From Chiloscyllium plagiosum (Eukaryota): DNA of 33,362 bases. The translations under genes were made by a program, and so were the position numbers. Under the pieces are notes generated by a model that ran no database searches, had not been told where the DNA came from, and saw nothing but the letters and a program-made list of their open reading frames with translations. Shown piece by piece: positions 33,011 to 33,362 of the stretch (within the stretch, counting starts at the first letter, position 1; each line of letters begins with the position of its first letter). The stretch is from contig NW_025213468.1 of the NCBI RefSeq assembly GCF_004010195.1, forward strand, positions 1 through 33,362. Direction: 5' to 3'.

Positions 33011-33362
33011 TGTCCCAGAGGTGGGTCACAATCTGATTGACCAAAGGGAGCAACATTGGCCAGTTTGAGCTTGACCCAGTGTCCTCCCTTCCCTTCCCCT
33101 GAGTCCTGAGGCTGACCACCTATTCCGACATTGAGTCCTTGTTTCACAGAAGGAGTTGGGATCAGAAATCCCGGCTGGAAATGCAGAGCTCTGAACCATC
33201 AGAAAGCTGTAGCTGCAGGCCAGTGATCTCTCTGTGAGTCTCTGAGACGCTGGACAGACCTTCTGCTGGTGTGTGAGGTACACAGACACACGTTCTGTAA
33301 CCAGGGCATTGGGGTTCAATCAATAATTAATGCTGCTTTCCCAAACTAAATACAATATTCAT

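Overview
Eukaryotic, repeat-dense genomic DNA with four assembly gaps. The repeat families (HE1-like tRNA-derived SINEs with (TCTAA)n tails, CR1-type LINE 3' ends, Penelope-like elements) point to a cartilaginous fish; this is inferred from remembered family sequences, not a database search. The only host gene I can support is four consecutive plus-strand internal coding exons of proteasome activator PA28-beta (PSME2): 2634-2691, 4587-4684, 6527-6595 and 9303-9370. They splice in frame with canonical AG/GT sites. I could not find the 5' exons or the last exons. The introns hold five unrelated tandem arrays: a 32-bp array grown inside a Rex1/Babar-type LINE end, a 24-bp array, a composite (CT)n array, a 40-bp array with exact 640-bp higher-order periodicity, and a CA-rich array. 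From about 15.4 kb onward the window is a mosaic of nested SINE, CR1 and Penelope fragments. Noteworthy non-coding signals are minimal hammerhead-ribozyme motifs in the Penelope ends, a palindromic pair of full-length CTCF-like sites, a compact HSE/GAS/kappaB-like cluster and short fold-back Penelope-derived insertions with long flanking duplications. Almost all long ORFs in the track are repeat or gap artefacts. I found no clearly new biological system.
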